The position numbers and the translations under genes were made by a program. The notes under the pieces were generated by a model that was not told the DNA's origin, did not search any database, and saw nothing but the letters and a program-made list of their open reading frames with translations. Positions 40,674-51,700 of a stretch of DNA of 64,000 nt are shown here, piece by piece; the first letter of the stretch is position 1, and the number at the start of each line of letters is the position of its first letter. The DNA is taken from assembly GCA_965203965.1 (NCBI GenBank), contig CBDBDR010000017.1, forward strand, positions 1,024,001 through 1,088,000, in the 5' to 3' direction. Origin of the DNA: Thermodesulfobacteriota bacterium (GTDB lineage: Bacteria > Desulfobacterota_D > UBA1144 > Nemesobacterales > JAJCZQ01).

Positions 40674-41612
40674 ATGAGCAATATTTCTTTGGAAAAAGAA
40701 TTACAAAACAGCAAGAAAGCTATTCTGATAGGAATTGGTGGCGGCGACATAGTTGGAACACTTCCGACTGCAAACCTCCTAAATATGTTTGGAATTGAGT
40801 ATATACTCGCCGGGCTTTCATGGGAAAGATCAGTATTTGATCCCGTTCCGGGTCCCAGAAAATTTGAAGAGACCATAAATGCAGACAAATTAAATGACAC
40901 GGTCTGGTATTGTAACAATAACACCAAAACCTCAACGGGAGTTACGTTCGCTGAAACTGGAGTATCCAAGATACTCGGATGTAAAACGCTCCTTGTTGAC
41001 ATAAACTATGGGGTCACGGCAACGGCAGATGGAATAATTGACGCCGCAAGCAGGCTTGATGTGGACTTGATCATAGGTATTGACGTTGGAGGTGATGCGA
41101 TCGCAACGGGTAAAGAAAAAGGAATACTCAGTCCACTGGCAGATTCAATGATGGTCGCCTCGCTTTATAAAGTAAGCAAAAAAATAAGAACAATGATCGG
41201 GGTATTTGGATTTGGCAGTGATGGGGAACTAACCATTTCCGAGATTGAAAGCTCCGTTAAACAAATTGCCCAGCACGACGGAATAATGGGGAGTTGGGGA
41301 ATAACTCAAGATACTTTAAACCTAATGGAAAAGGTGGTAAAAGTGGTGCCAACAGAGGCAAGTAGATCCCCAGTGGAATATGCCAGAGGTAAATTTGAAG
41401 GAACGTCTATAAGAAGTGGTACGAGATCCATTAACTTGAATTTTTCATCAACGGTAACGATCTATATTGACCCAGTTGTATTATTTGAAAATATTTCCGG
41501 ACTTGCAAGGGTAGTAGCTGAATGCACAAGCATTGAAGATGCAAACAAAAAACTGAACGAACTTGGGATAAAATCCGAACTTGACGTGGAACGGGAAAAA
41601 ATAATTGGGTAG
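40674..41612 (+). CDS. DUF1152 family protein
   Basis: GIGGGD, DVGGDAIA.G.E.G..SPLAD, GFGSDGEL, TEAS. Confidence 0.8.
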   Translation: MSNISLEKELQNSKKAILIGIGGGDIVGTLPTANLLNMFGIEYILAGLSWERSVFDPVPGPRKFEETINADKLNDTVWYCNNNTKTSTGVTFAETGVSKILGCKTLLVDINYGVTATADGIIDAASRLDVDLIIGIDVGGDAIATGKEKGILSPLADSMMVASLYKVSKKIRTMIGVFGFGSDGELTISEIESSVKQIAQHDGIMGSWGITQDTLNLMEKVVKVVPTEASRSPVEYARGKFEGTSIRSGTRSINLNFSSTVTIYIDPVVLFENISGLARVVAECTSIEDANKKLNELGIKSELDVEREKIIG

Positions 41613-41615
41613 AAG

Positions 41616-42014
41616 CTAGTTGTATATATAATTCTTTGCAGTATCAAGTATTTTCTGGGAAAGAGCCTTGTCCCCAAGCGTTCCTACTTTGATTATCAAT
41701 TTTGTATGATTTTTGGCTTTCCACTTTACGGTTATCCTGACTTTTTTATTATCCTCCGTGCGTGCTTTAACCGTTTCTTGATAATACCAAAAGGACGATT
41801 TTTTAACATCTTTGACTTCGTAGCCAAGCTCATCCATAGCTTTCAATACAGAGTCCAGACATTTTTGATAAGGTGCACCTTCATGCGACACCAACTCACC
41901 CCGCACATACGTTGCCACTCCTACAACTGCCACACCACCACCAATAACACCCGCCAGACAGGATGACATAAAAAGGGGGACAAAAAGGAGTAATTTTATA
42001 TGTATTTTTTTCAT
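41616..42014 (-). CDS. DUF3568 family lipoprotein
   Basis: Lipobox MSSC, Gly-rich segment, YVRGEL, IKVGTLGD...S..IL. Confidence 0.75.
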   Translation of the reverse strand: MKKIHIKLLLFVPLFMSSCLAGVIGGGVAVVGVATYVRGELVSHEGAPYQKCLDSVLKAMDELGYEVKDVKKSSFWYYQETVKARTEDNKKVRITVKWKAKNHTKLIIKVGTLGDKALSQKILDTAKNYIYN

Positions 42015-42111
42015 ATTGACGTTAAAACGTTTCCTCTAAAATTGTGTTTATTTTATATGATTTTTCAAAATTTCATAAATGCCATTAAAAACGATCATGG
42101 TATCCATATTT

Positions 42112-42897
42112 CTAAAGATAAACCAGCCACACAAACAATTTTGATAATACAAAATCACAAATAATAATCAATAAAAGCGATACAACTACAGTTTGGGTAG
42201 TTGCATTTCCAACCCCTTGCGTTCCATCGCTTGCTCCCATTCCTTTATAGCAACCCGTTACGGAAACTATAAGCCCGAAGAAAAATGTTTTTGAAATGCC
42301 AGTGATAAAATCACTCATTCCCAACCACTCCATAGTAGAAGTTAAAAACAGCCTTGGTTCTATATCAAGGTCTATCTGTGATATAAGCATAGCTCCCAAT
42401 ATACCTGATAAATTAGCTATCACGGCAAGTAGCGGAAATGAGATGACCGCAGCAAGTATTCTCGGAGCAACAAGTTTTTTCAGCGGGTCTGCTCCAAGCG
42501 ATTTAATTGCATCTATCTGCTCTGTAACTTGCATTGATCCGATCTCAGCCGTAATACCAGAACCAACCCTCCCACCGACAAGAAGGGAAGTAACAACGGG
42601 TCCTAACTCTCTAACAAAGGAAAGTGTAACAACTGGACCAACAAGGCTCTTTGCCCCAAACCACAAAAATCCCCAAGACAACTGAACAACCATGACCATA
42701 CCAATAGCCGTGGCGGACACAATGACTATCAGGATTGATTTTATCCCTATTTCATGGACCTGCTGCAACACTATCTTGAAATTGTATGGAGGTCTGACAG
42801 TGGTAACCATACACCTGTAAAAAAAAATAGAAGCTTCTCCAATATCACGTAGAAAAGTTAGGAAGTAAGAACCAATGCTGTAAAATAAACCGCTCAT
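42112..42897 (-). CDS. mlaE: MlaE family ABC transporter permease
   Basis: RELGPV, GRVGSGITAEIGSMQVTEQIDA, GVGNATT. Confidence 0.92.
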   Translation of the reverse strand: MSGLFYSIGSYFLTFLRDIGEASIFFYRCMVTTVRPPYNFKIVLQQVHEIGIKSILIVIVSATAIGMVMVVQLSWGFLWFGAKSLVGPVVTLSFVRELGPVVTSLLVGGRVGSGITAEIGSMQVTEQIDAIKSLGADPLKKLVAPRILAAVISFPLLAVIANLSGILGAMLISQIDLDIEPRLFLTSTMEWLGMSDFITGISKTFFFGLIVSVTGCYKGMGASDGTQGVGNATTQTVVVSLLLIIICDFVLSKLFVWLVYL

Positions 42898-43445
42898 TAT
42901 TTCTTTAGAACGTCAAATTGCTTCAGAAACTCCATAAAATCGTCAAAATACAGGTCAAAGTTATCGCTGATATTTGAATAACTGAGATCATAAATACACC
43001 CATCTTTGATAAAGATCGCCGTTGCGATCATTATCTTGTTTTCATCAAGTTGGGCATTGTAAACCGATAGAAGAGATTCTTCATTATCAATACGGATCGT
43101 CTCCCTTCTGATAAGTTTTTTTCCCTTAATTCCGATGAGCAAAGATTGTGAGAGGGAAACCAAACTGCTGTCAACTCTAACTGCTTTACACGTGGAATTA
43201 ACGTTTATGGCAGCCGTGTTATCGCTGTTGGCAAAAAAAACATCCCCATGACTTGAAGGCACCCTTCTCCAATTACCGTCTAATTTGCCAATTTTGTAGC
43301 TTGTTGAGCTTTTTTTATAAACATGATCTGTTAATCTTCCCTCCTCTTTTCCAGAGGAACTGTATATTTTTGCAAATTTGACCACTGAGCATGAACTGGT
43401 AGTGATCAAGGAAAAAATAAGCAGAATGAAAACTTTATTGATCAT
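42897..43445 (-). CDS. hypothetical lipoprotein
   Basis: Lipobox TSSC; overlaps the mlaE start. Confidence 0.65.
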   Translation of the reverse strand: MINKVFILLIFSLITTSSCSVVKFAKIYSSSGKEEGRLTDHVYKKSSTSYKIGKLDGNWRRVPSSHGDVFFANSDNTAAINVNSTCKAVRVDSSLVSLSQSLLIGIKGKKLIRRETIRIDNEESLLSVYNAQLDENKIMIATAIFIKDGCIYDLSYSNISDNFDLYFDDFMEFLKQFDVLKK

Positions 43446-43549
43446 TATGTAAGTTTAGGGAAGGAAACTGCTTGAATATGAAGAATACTTGAATCTGTCT
43501 TAAAAACCAAGCATTATAACAGTAAGACTCAAAATTTCGGTAAATCACA

Positions 43550-43801
43550 TTGAACAAGATCCAAATATATACTTCGAGCTATTGCCCATATTGTATCAAA
43601 GCCAAACGATTGTTGGACAGCAAGGGCGTTGAATATGAAGAGATAGTTCTGGACGATTCCTCTGAAGATAAGATTGAAGTTATGAAAAAGCTGAACTGGA
43701 AAACCGTCCCCATTATACTCATAGACGGCAAGCTCATAGGTGGATATGACAAATTGGTATCCCTTGAAAAAGCAAATGAATTGGACGAGCTTTTAAGTTG
43801 A
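43550..43801 (+). CDS. grxC: dithiol glutaredoxin (GrxC-like)
   Basis: CPYC, TVP, IGGYD. Confidence 0.9.
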   Translation: MNKIQIYTSSYCPYCIKAKRLLDSKGVEYEEIVLDDSSEDKIEVMKKLNWKTVPIILIDGKLIGGYDKLVSLEKANELDELLS

Positions 43802-43854
43802 TCCCTCAAAAGTTTATCCTTTGATTCTACAGTAACTTTATTTACTCTATCCCG

Positions 43855-45249
43855 ATGACGGTAACAACCAGATTTGCACCAAGTCCCACGGGCTCTCTTC
43901 ACCTTGGCGGAGCAAGAACTGCTATATTCAACTGGTTGTTTGCACGTCATCACGGGGGAGAATTTATCCTCAGGATTGAGGACACCGATCAGGCAAGATC
44001 AACGGAAGACTCAATCAACGAAATTCTGGATTCTCTAAAGTGGCTCGGTCTGGATTGGAATAGCGACTTGGTAAAGCAGTCTGAAAGGCTTGACGTTTAT
44101 AAGCAGTATGCCCACCAGCTTTTGGGATCGGGGAAGGCATACAAATGCTATCTGACACGTGAGGAACTTGAGACAAAGAGAAAGGAAGCCCAACAAGCGG
44201 GTAATTTCTTCCAGTATGATCGCAAATGGTCAAACGAGAACGCAGGTAAGGACAAACCTTATTCAATCAGGTTGCTTACTCCTGACACGGGGAAAATTGA
44301 GGTTAATGACGTAATAAGAGGCAGAATTGGCTTTGATTCAAAGGAGATTGACGATTTCATAATTTTACGAATGGACGGGTATCCAACTTACAACTTTGCA
44401 GTCGTAGTTGATGATGCACTTGCAACCGTTTCTCACGTGATCCGTGGCGATGACCATTTGATCAATACACCCAAGCAACTGCTAATATACAGAGCACTTA
44501 ATTTTAATGTCCCTGACTTTGCACACGTCTCAATGATACACGGCGCCGACAAGGCAAAACTCAGCAAGAGGCACGGCGCAACTTCCATTGAAGCCTACAG
44601 AGGACTCGGCTACCTACCCGAAGCAATGATCAATTATCTTGCACGGCTTGGATGGTCACACGGCAACGAAGAGATATTCTCCCGAGAGGAGTTGATAGAA
44701 AAATTCTCGCTGGATAGCCTCGGAAGATCTCCGGCTGTATTCAATCCCGAGAAGTTGAATTGGCTTAACGCACGTTACATAAGAGAAACTACCACGGGGC
44801 AAATTGCCAAACTGGTATTACCCGTTATGCAAAACAAGGGTTACAACGCTCAGGCTGACAACAAACTGATAATGATAATAGAACAACTTAGGGAAAGATC
44901 CAAAACCATCAATGAGATCGCCACGCAGTCTTTCTATTTTTACACGGATGATTTTGAGTATGATCAAAAAGCAAAAAGTAAGTTTCTAACCTCAAATAAC
45001 ACTGAACTGCTTAAAAAGATCATTGAAAAATTAACACCTCTTGAAAAATTTGATCATGACTCAATCCACAAAGTATATGAAGAAATAATGAATGAGACGG
45101 GACTCAAATTTGGAAAAATTGCCCAGCCAATGCGAGTAGCTCTGACGGGTGGCACGGTAAGCCCGGGGATCGTTGAAGTTGCTGAAATTCTTGGAAAAGA
45201 CAAGGTGATTGAGAGGTTAAAGCGAGCGATTGACAGTATTTTAACTTGA
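43855..45249 (+). CDS. gltX: glutamate--tRNA ligase
   Basis: RFAPSPTG.LHLGG, RIEDTD, KLSKRHG. Confidence 0.98.
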   Translation: MTVTTRFAPSPTGSLHLGGARTAIFNWLFARHHGGEFILRIEDTDQARSTEDSINEILDSLKWLGLDWNSDLVKQSERLDVYKQYAHQLLGSGKAYKCYLTREELETKRKEAQQAGNFFQYDRKWSNENAGKDKPYSIRLLTPDTGKIEVNDVIRGRIGFDSKEIDDFIILRMDGYPTYNFAVVVDDALATVSHVIRGDDHLINTPKQLLIYRALNFNVPDFAHVSMIHGADKAKLSKRHGATSIEAYRGLGYLPEAMINYLARLGWSHGNEEIFSREELIEKFSLDSLGRSPAVFNPEKLNWLNARYIRETTTGQIAKLVLPVMQNKGYNAQADNKLIMIIEQLRERSKTINEIATQSFYFYTDDFEYDQKAKSKFLTSNNTELLKKIIEKLTPLEKFDHDSIHKVYEEIMNETGLKFGKIAQPMRVALTGGTVSPGIVEVAEILGKDKVIERLKRAIDSILT

Positions 45250-45258
45250 TTTTATTAT
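45230..45258 (+). promoter_or_regulatory. near-consensus sigma70 promoter pointing into the repeat array
   Basis: TTGACA (45230-45235), 17 nt, TATTAT (45253-45258). Confidence 0.55.
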
Positions 45259-45268
45259 GCGTTTACCC

Positions 45269-45450
45269 ATTCCCCTTCCCAGAAGGGGTGGCATTGCCAT
45301 CAGGCAATGACGGGGTAGTCCCATTCCCCTCCTCTGAAGCGGTAGGTAGTCCAAAGGACTGACGGAGTAGTTCCTTCAACACCTAATGAGGTATCTTCCC
45401 CATTCCCCTTCTCAGAAGGGGTGGCAGTCCAAAGGACTGACGGGGTAGTC
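45269..45450 (+). repeat. tandem array of 3 REP-like double-hairpin units
   Basis: Units at 45269, 45323, 45402; consensus ATTCCCCTTCNCAGAAGGGGTGGCAGTCCAAAGGACTGACGGGGTAGTC. Confidence 0.92.
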
Positions 45451-45625
45451 TCTTCTCCCTAATGAGATATCAAATAAATCCCGGAGAAATTCGCATTAGA
45501 GGGTTTTTGACGTAATTATTGACGCTTTAATTGACGATTAAACGAGGTTTGATCGGCGTTTAAGAAGACTTAATACTTAGTAATTTATGTAGCACGCGTA
45601 AGCGTAATTTGTCAAACCTTCTATT

Positions 45626-45672
45626 CACCACCCCGTCAGGCTTTGCCTGACACCCCTCCACAGGAGGGGAAT
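45626..45672 (-). repeat. inverted divergent copy of the REP-like unit
   Basis: Minus strand reads ATTCCCCTCCTGTGGAGGGGTGTCAGGCAAAGCCTGACGGGGTGGTG. Confidence 0.85.
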
Positions 45673-45707
45673 CTCCCCCATTCCCCCAACGGTGTAGTCA
45701 ATAATTA

Positions 45708-48700
45708 TTACCATATCTCTTGCCAGAACACCTCTCTGACGCTGGTTGAAAGACTTGGAAGTTCGACACTGCTATACTCTGAATTAACTGCCTCTCCTGC
45801 ACCTCCTCCACTCGTACTAATACCTAATAACAATCCCCCATTATCAGTCAGTGATACATTAGGAGTTGATGGTATTCCTCCTCCTATATCCATTCCTGCT
45901 GTGGACTGAGGTGGGGCATTAGGATTAGATGGTTGGATTATTATTGCTCCTTCTCCCGTAGCATAATTTAGCTGGTAAAGTCTGCTTCTGCCTATGGAAC
46001 TTTGCTCACAAATGCTCCCAGATGACTGTTGTATAGTTGGATCATAAGACGTGAATGTAAGAACTCTATTTGATACGAACGGCGTTCCTACTCCTTTTTC
46101 ATAAGCCCCGGGATATTTAACAACAAAATTGCCCGATAACAACCCTGCAGGATTCCCACTATCAATATCCACTATCTCAGAAACTCCTATATCTCCACCA
46201 GTATTCTGAAGTCTTACTTCCCTGAAAAATCCTATTGTTCGTTCTGTCGGTATTGTATCCGATATGGGACCAGAGAGAAGTGTTTGTAATGTATCGGTTG
46301 AGATAAAGGAGGAGGATTTGACACTATACAGTCTCCCGTTACTGTTGGCATCGTTACTTGTTGGGTATCGCCTGTCTCCAGTCTGAAAGACAACGTGTAT
46401 GTCTCCATTGAAATCGGGAACTAACACCGGAGGATAATATATTGGACTATGAGCCGGTTTTTGCTTTATATCTTCGGTAGGATCTGTATAGTCGGTACCT
46501 GTACTCGTAGAATCACAATCTGCACAAAATACCACCCTCCCAGTCCAATCGCCTGCTGCTATATCACCGCTTCTATCATCTACTTTGTTAGCTGAGTCTA
46601 AGCTAACTCCCGTATCTCCTATACTATCCCCCGTCGTCAGTGGTTGGGATACATCAAACTTCCATAACTGTCCACATGTATCTCCTATATAAACTTCATC
46701 TGCATACCCATCTGCATTTGTATCAAATACCCCAGGATCTGATGCCAACTCACATACCATTCTACTTCTGTGTGAATTAAATTCTGTAAGAGTTATAACA
46801 GTTTCTATTGAACTATCAGTGTTGTTCTGAGACCGAGTTGGATGAAATTTATACAACAACTTCCCCGTCGGAAGGTCTATTGCATAAAAAGCATTTCCTT
46901 CATTCACACTGCCAATGTTAGTTGCATCTGGATCTATCCCTCCACCTACAAACACTACCCACCTGTCCGCAGTTCTATCAGAGGCATCTAATCTCACTTT
47001 GGCGATCACAGGTGACGACCAACTGTTCCCCATATCCTCATCCGTAAACGTCCACAGGTGCACTGGGTAAGGTAAACTACCAATGGCAACTCCACTTTCA
47101 CTCGGAGGATTTGTAATGTCCAACGCAGTTATACCAGATCCTCCATTTCTAAATCCTGATACTAATATCGTGTGCCATTCCCCTGATTCTATCTGACCCG
47201 GGATAGTAGGAAGAGCACCTATTCCATTCCAATAACCATCTATGAACACGTCCTTTATTGTTGGTGTGCCATCAAAAAATGCGTAGTTCTCCTGAAATAC
47301 TGGGGAATCCAGAACAAAATCCTTTATTTTTCCATACTTGATATCTTGAATAGATGTTAGTCTACCACCCACGGTAAAGTCATCCCCGTCAATCATTAAC
47401 GATAAAATATCATCTCCTAAACTATTAGTAATTATGATAGAACCATCAGAAAAACTATCTCCATCTCCAACTCTGAGAGGAGACCTCAGAAAGGTGGGCG
47501 GAACATAAAAGAACAATTCCTTTCCCGTTCCGTCGTCATATTTGTGCTCACTTGTATCATAGTTTCCCGCATGGAACGCATGAAGTCCCCCATCGTTACC
47601 TCCCACGTAAACCACTGCGGGCCTTTCGTTATAATTATTACGAAATGCTTGAAAATTAATCCCTTGAAAAAGCTGGGACGGACTACCTACTACTTTTGGT
47701 TCTGAATGGAAAATTCCACCAAGCCTCAATTCACACTGACCTGGCTTACCCGGAGTATCACCACTCCCGCACAGATCCCCAAAAGGATCAGTATCAGCAT
47801 CGCTTCGATCGTAAAATATTCCCGTGTTTCCTTGCAGGAACGAGATTATTTTATCCTTTAGACACACATCTGAGCCTGAGCAGCCGTGAGGAGGACCATA
47901 TCTGCTTACATCATCTGCAGTAATACCAAAATCACTCGGTATCAAACTGTTGTCTATATCTTCAATAGCTCCACCATACAGACCATCTATTGGATCTTCC
48001 AAAACTGTAATGACCTTCCTTGGATCTCCACCACTACTAATATCTCTAATATCTCTTAAAGACAACTGGTTCCCTGCCTCCCATACATAATTTGAAGCAT
48101 GGACCTGATCTAGTTGACCGCCAGTTCCAATACTCACGACGGTCCCACCATTTTTACTCTTCACTACTCCATTTTCATATCTATACTGAGCCAGACGACC
48201 CTGCCACAAATGTCTTTGCGTTATATCAGCAGGTTGCGATACGGTCAGATAGACCCTATCTTGCAACTCTGGCTTGGCTACTCCAGGTATGACAGGAGGT
48301 GTATTGGTTACCGTGAACTGTTTTATAGAGTTTATTATTGAAACCAGAGTGTTTGACAAATTACTAGCATCTGAACTAAATGCAAAACTGGAGTTAAGCC
48401 TTATTGAGGTCCGTTCATCACCCTGAATATGATAATCAACTCCAAAAACTTTACCTGAATCAAAGTTACATGCTCCATAATAAGATGCATTTATATTACT
48501 ATTATTCTTATGACTTCCATCATTACTTATGCACTCTAACTTTTCTCCACCTTCTGCTACTTTCGCAAGCATCGTCCTTTTGTATCCAGTTACATGACTT
48601 GGGAGAACTGAATCTGCATCAATACTACCAACGGATATTCCTCCAGGCCCATCGTGCCTGATCAACCCACTGTTATGTGTTCCTCCAGTAAGTGCCATCA

Positions 48701-51700
48701 ATTGTTGAAGATAAGTAGGCTTAGAAAGTCCACTCACATCCACTACAAACGTAAAGATCTCTTTCGGAACGGGTTCACCGTTAATTATAACTGGATCACG
48801 GACAAACTTTGTCCGAAGATTAGATACTGCTTGTAAACTTGAATTTGATGATTGTAATGATAATGAACCTGAATTTATTCGTTCGTTGTTCGGGATAACA
48901 TTCTCATAAGGATAAATCTGTGTACGTCTATCCAATCTAAGACTATGAGATGTCAACTTAGGATCTATCGTATTAGACTGTGCTTGATTAGTTGCCAAAA
49001 GAACTGTGAACTGTTGTCTACATGATAGACTGCTATCATTTTGCATAAAATCATTAAAGGCAGCTAAAGCATCTTTCTCTATGATGTTGCCGCCAAGTTG
49101 CGTATTATGGACCGGACATAAAGTCCACTTTTTCCTAGCATCCAGTCCTACTCTCTCTCTCTGAAAATCCTCTATCTCACTTCTGAATGCAGTTATTGAC
49201 CCTATATCTAACAGGTCTATAAACCTTTCAAACACTTGTTGTTGTGACATATTTAGTCCCGGCTTGACAGCGGGAATTGGAATGCCAAAAAGAATGCCAC
49301 CAATATTATATATATCTTTTAATTGAGTTATAAAATTTGTATACCCAATGTCAGTGTCAAGCGATAAGAGTTGGGGATTTGTGGAATCTCTACTTGCAAA
49401 ATCCTCTCCGGATATAAAAGTCCCTACTATTTCGTTTAAACTCAGTTCACAAGACTGAGAGTCTACACCCACGCCGCGTCCGTCGTATAACAACGATATA
49501 CGGCTAATCAGTTGCTGGAAGACGGGATCATCACAAAGACTGTAAGTGTTACACGTGCCCGCCGTGCCACTCGTGTCACTTTCACAAGGCAGCTTACCAT
49601 CCTTCGTACAAACCGCGCCATTGTCACAAACTCCACCACCGACCAGATCTGACACAGTTTGTTTTATTTTATTTCTTGTTTCTCCTAACTCATTATACGG
49701 GATCATAGTACGATGCAAGTTCAGATATTCAAGATCCCCGAACTTGCCACTATGTTTCAATATGTCAACCATGCCCGTAAGTTCACGGGTAAGTTCTGGG
49801 ATATATTTAGCATACGGCACAGAATCAGCAGGACACATTACACTCCCATTAGATGGCTCTAATTTCACTGGTACATCTCGTACTTCACTATCTGCAGTAT
49901 TTAATACACTAGTTCCTATATATTCATCATCCAAACCTAATATAAAGTCGTATGAATAGTCGGATAGGTGATTAGTTCTATATTGTTCAATGAGCAATCT
50001 CCAAACATCCTTCAAACCACGGTCTGTAGAACTAACAGAACCAGTCGTCAATGAATATGCCTCTTGCTCATAACCTCTCAACAGAGAATAAAAATAAGGA
50101 TTATATAAATGAATGGTAAGGTTATCTCTAGTCCAAGCATAGTTATGCAAACTAATAACATTTCTCATAGCTAGAGTATCATTAACAACAGCCGCCCTAC
50201 TATCTTGTTCAGTGTAGCACGTGCTTTGATTTGAACTTGCTAACCTTTCTAATAAACGCCAAAAATATGACAACTGACGACCATCAACGTGACCATCATT
50301 TGTCGACAACATGGTAGGATCTGCATTAGGATTACCTACAATAGCCCGATAAGCAGATCTACCATAATTACAAGATTTATTTTTTGCAGCGTCTGAATTT
50401 GTAAAATTGGATCCACCACTAACAAGCAATTTCATCCTGACCCCCAATTCATCCGCATCGGCTTCGTTTATGAAGTCTTCCATACGACAATTATTCGTAC
50501 CACCTGATGGGTAACAACCATGATTCCCCTCCTCAGTATTTGCCAAAGGTAAAGGCAAAGGACGGTCTGTTTGTGGATCACCTGTTAATCCTGATACATA
50601 TTTATAAGTCTCTCTAAAGGGCGTGTTCAAATACGTCCAACAATCCATAGTATTACCGTCCATCTCCACTCCGGGGTCGCTCGCATCCAGAAGATCGTCA
50701 TCAGTACCAGAAACCTCTTCACACATAGCACGTTTTATAGTGTCATCTGCATCTAAAAAATCATACATTTCTGAAAGATAAGCAGAAGTATCGTCACGAC
50801 CGTTGATCGGTTTGCCATCGCATCTACTAACGCAGCCGCTATAGCACATATCACGATCAGAAACTGCTACCTCCTTACATTGTTCCCTACAACCACAGTT
50901 GTATCCCGGTCCATAATAGGGACCATACACCATTTTCTGCTTTGTGTTCATACACTTCCAATGGCTGTATTGACCGCCATCCTGGAAATCTGATTTACTA
51001 CATCTACTGTCCCATGCCCCGTATGGACTGTATGGTTTGTCAACCTCGCTCGGATTCGTAAAACGACAATACTCATCCGATGGACATTGTGATGCGCCCA
51101 CACTGTCAACTAATATATTTTGCATTGCTCTAATCTCAGATGGTACTCTACAAACGCTCACTTGTGCGTTCCCCCCACCGTTAGTAACAGTGTTCCCTAT
51201 ACTGTCAACAACCTTCCAATTATTCACGTTGACCTCACCGGCTCCATCAAACCAAGAAAAAATACTGACAGGGGTTCCGTGTCTATCCAATACGGGATCA
51301 TTTCCTGGTATCGAATAACAACATGGCACGTGGCCGGCTCCTAAGGTTACTACGTTCCTATTAATCCTTGCAGATGCTTCAGAGTAACATTCGTTGTCAC
51401 TTGGAGTTGGTATTTTGCACCTCTGGTGTGGTTTTGCGTTGTCATTTACGGTTGATAGAAGTGTATCGTCAACCCGGCATATTTCTTTATGCAAATCCAC
51501 AAAACTCTTGTCCCTGTCCGTTCTGCCTGGATCGGAACCACTAAGCACAGCAGGATGATGGCTGGCAATGATCTCTCGGTCAGTATTTAGATCGTAGGAA
51601 CTAGGCGATCTGATCCCCCCCTCTCTGTCCTGGATAATATAACCCATAAGACCGTTTTCTTGACCCCACCTGTGCTGCGTATGGTTATATCCATGATAAC

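Noticed and set aside
45269..45672. Repeats as integron attC sites
   Set aside because: No RYYYAAC...GTTRRRY ends, no integrase, and no array of cassette ORFs.
45643..45909. 88-aa + strand ORF and the other short antisense ORFs in the track
   Set aside because: They overlap well-supported genes or repeats on the opposite strand or frame and show no recognisable motifs; treated as shadow ORFs.
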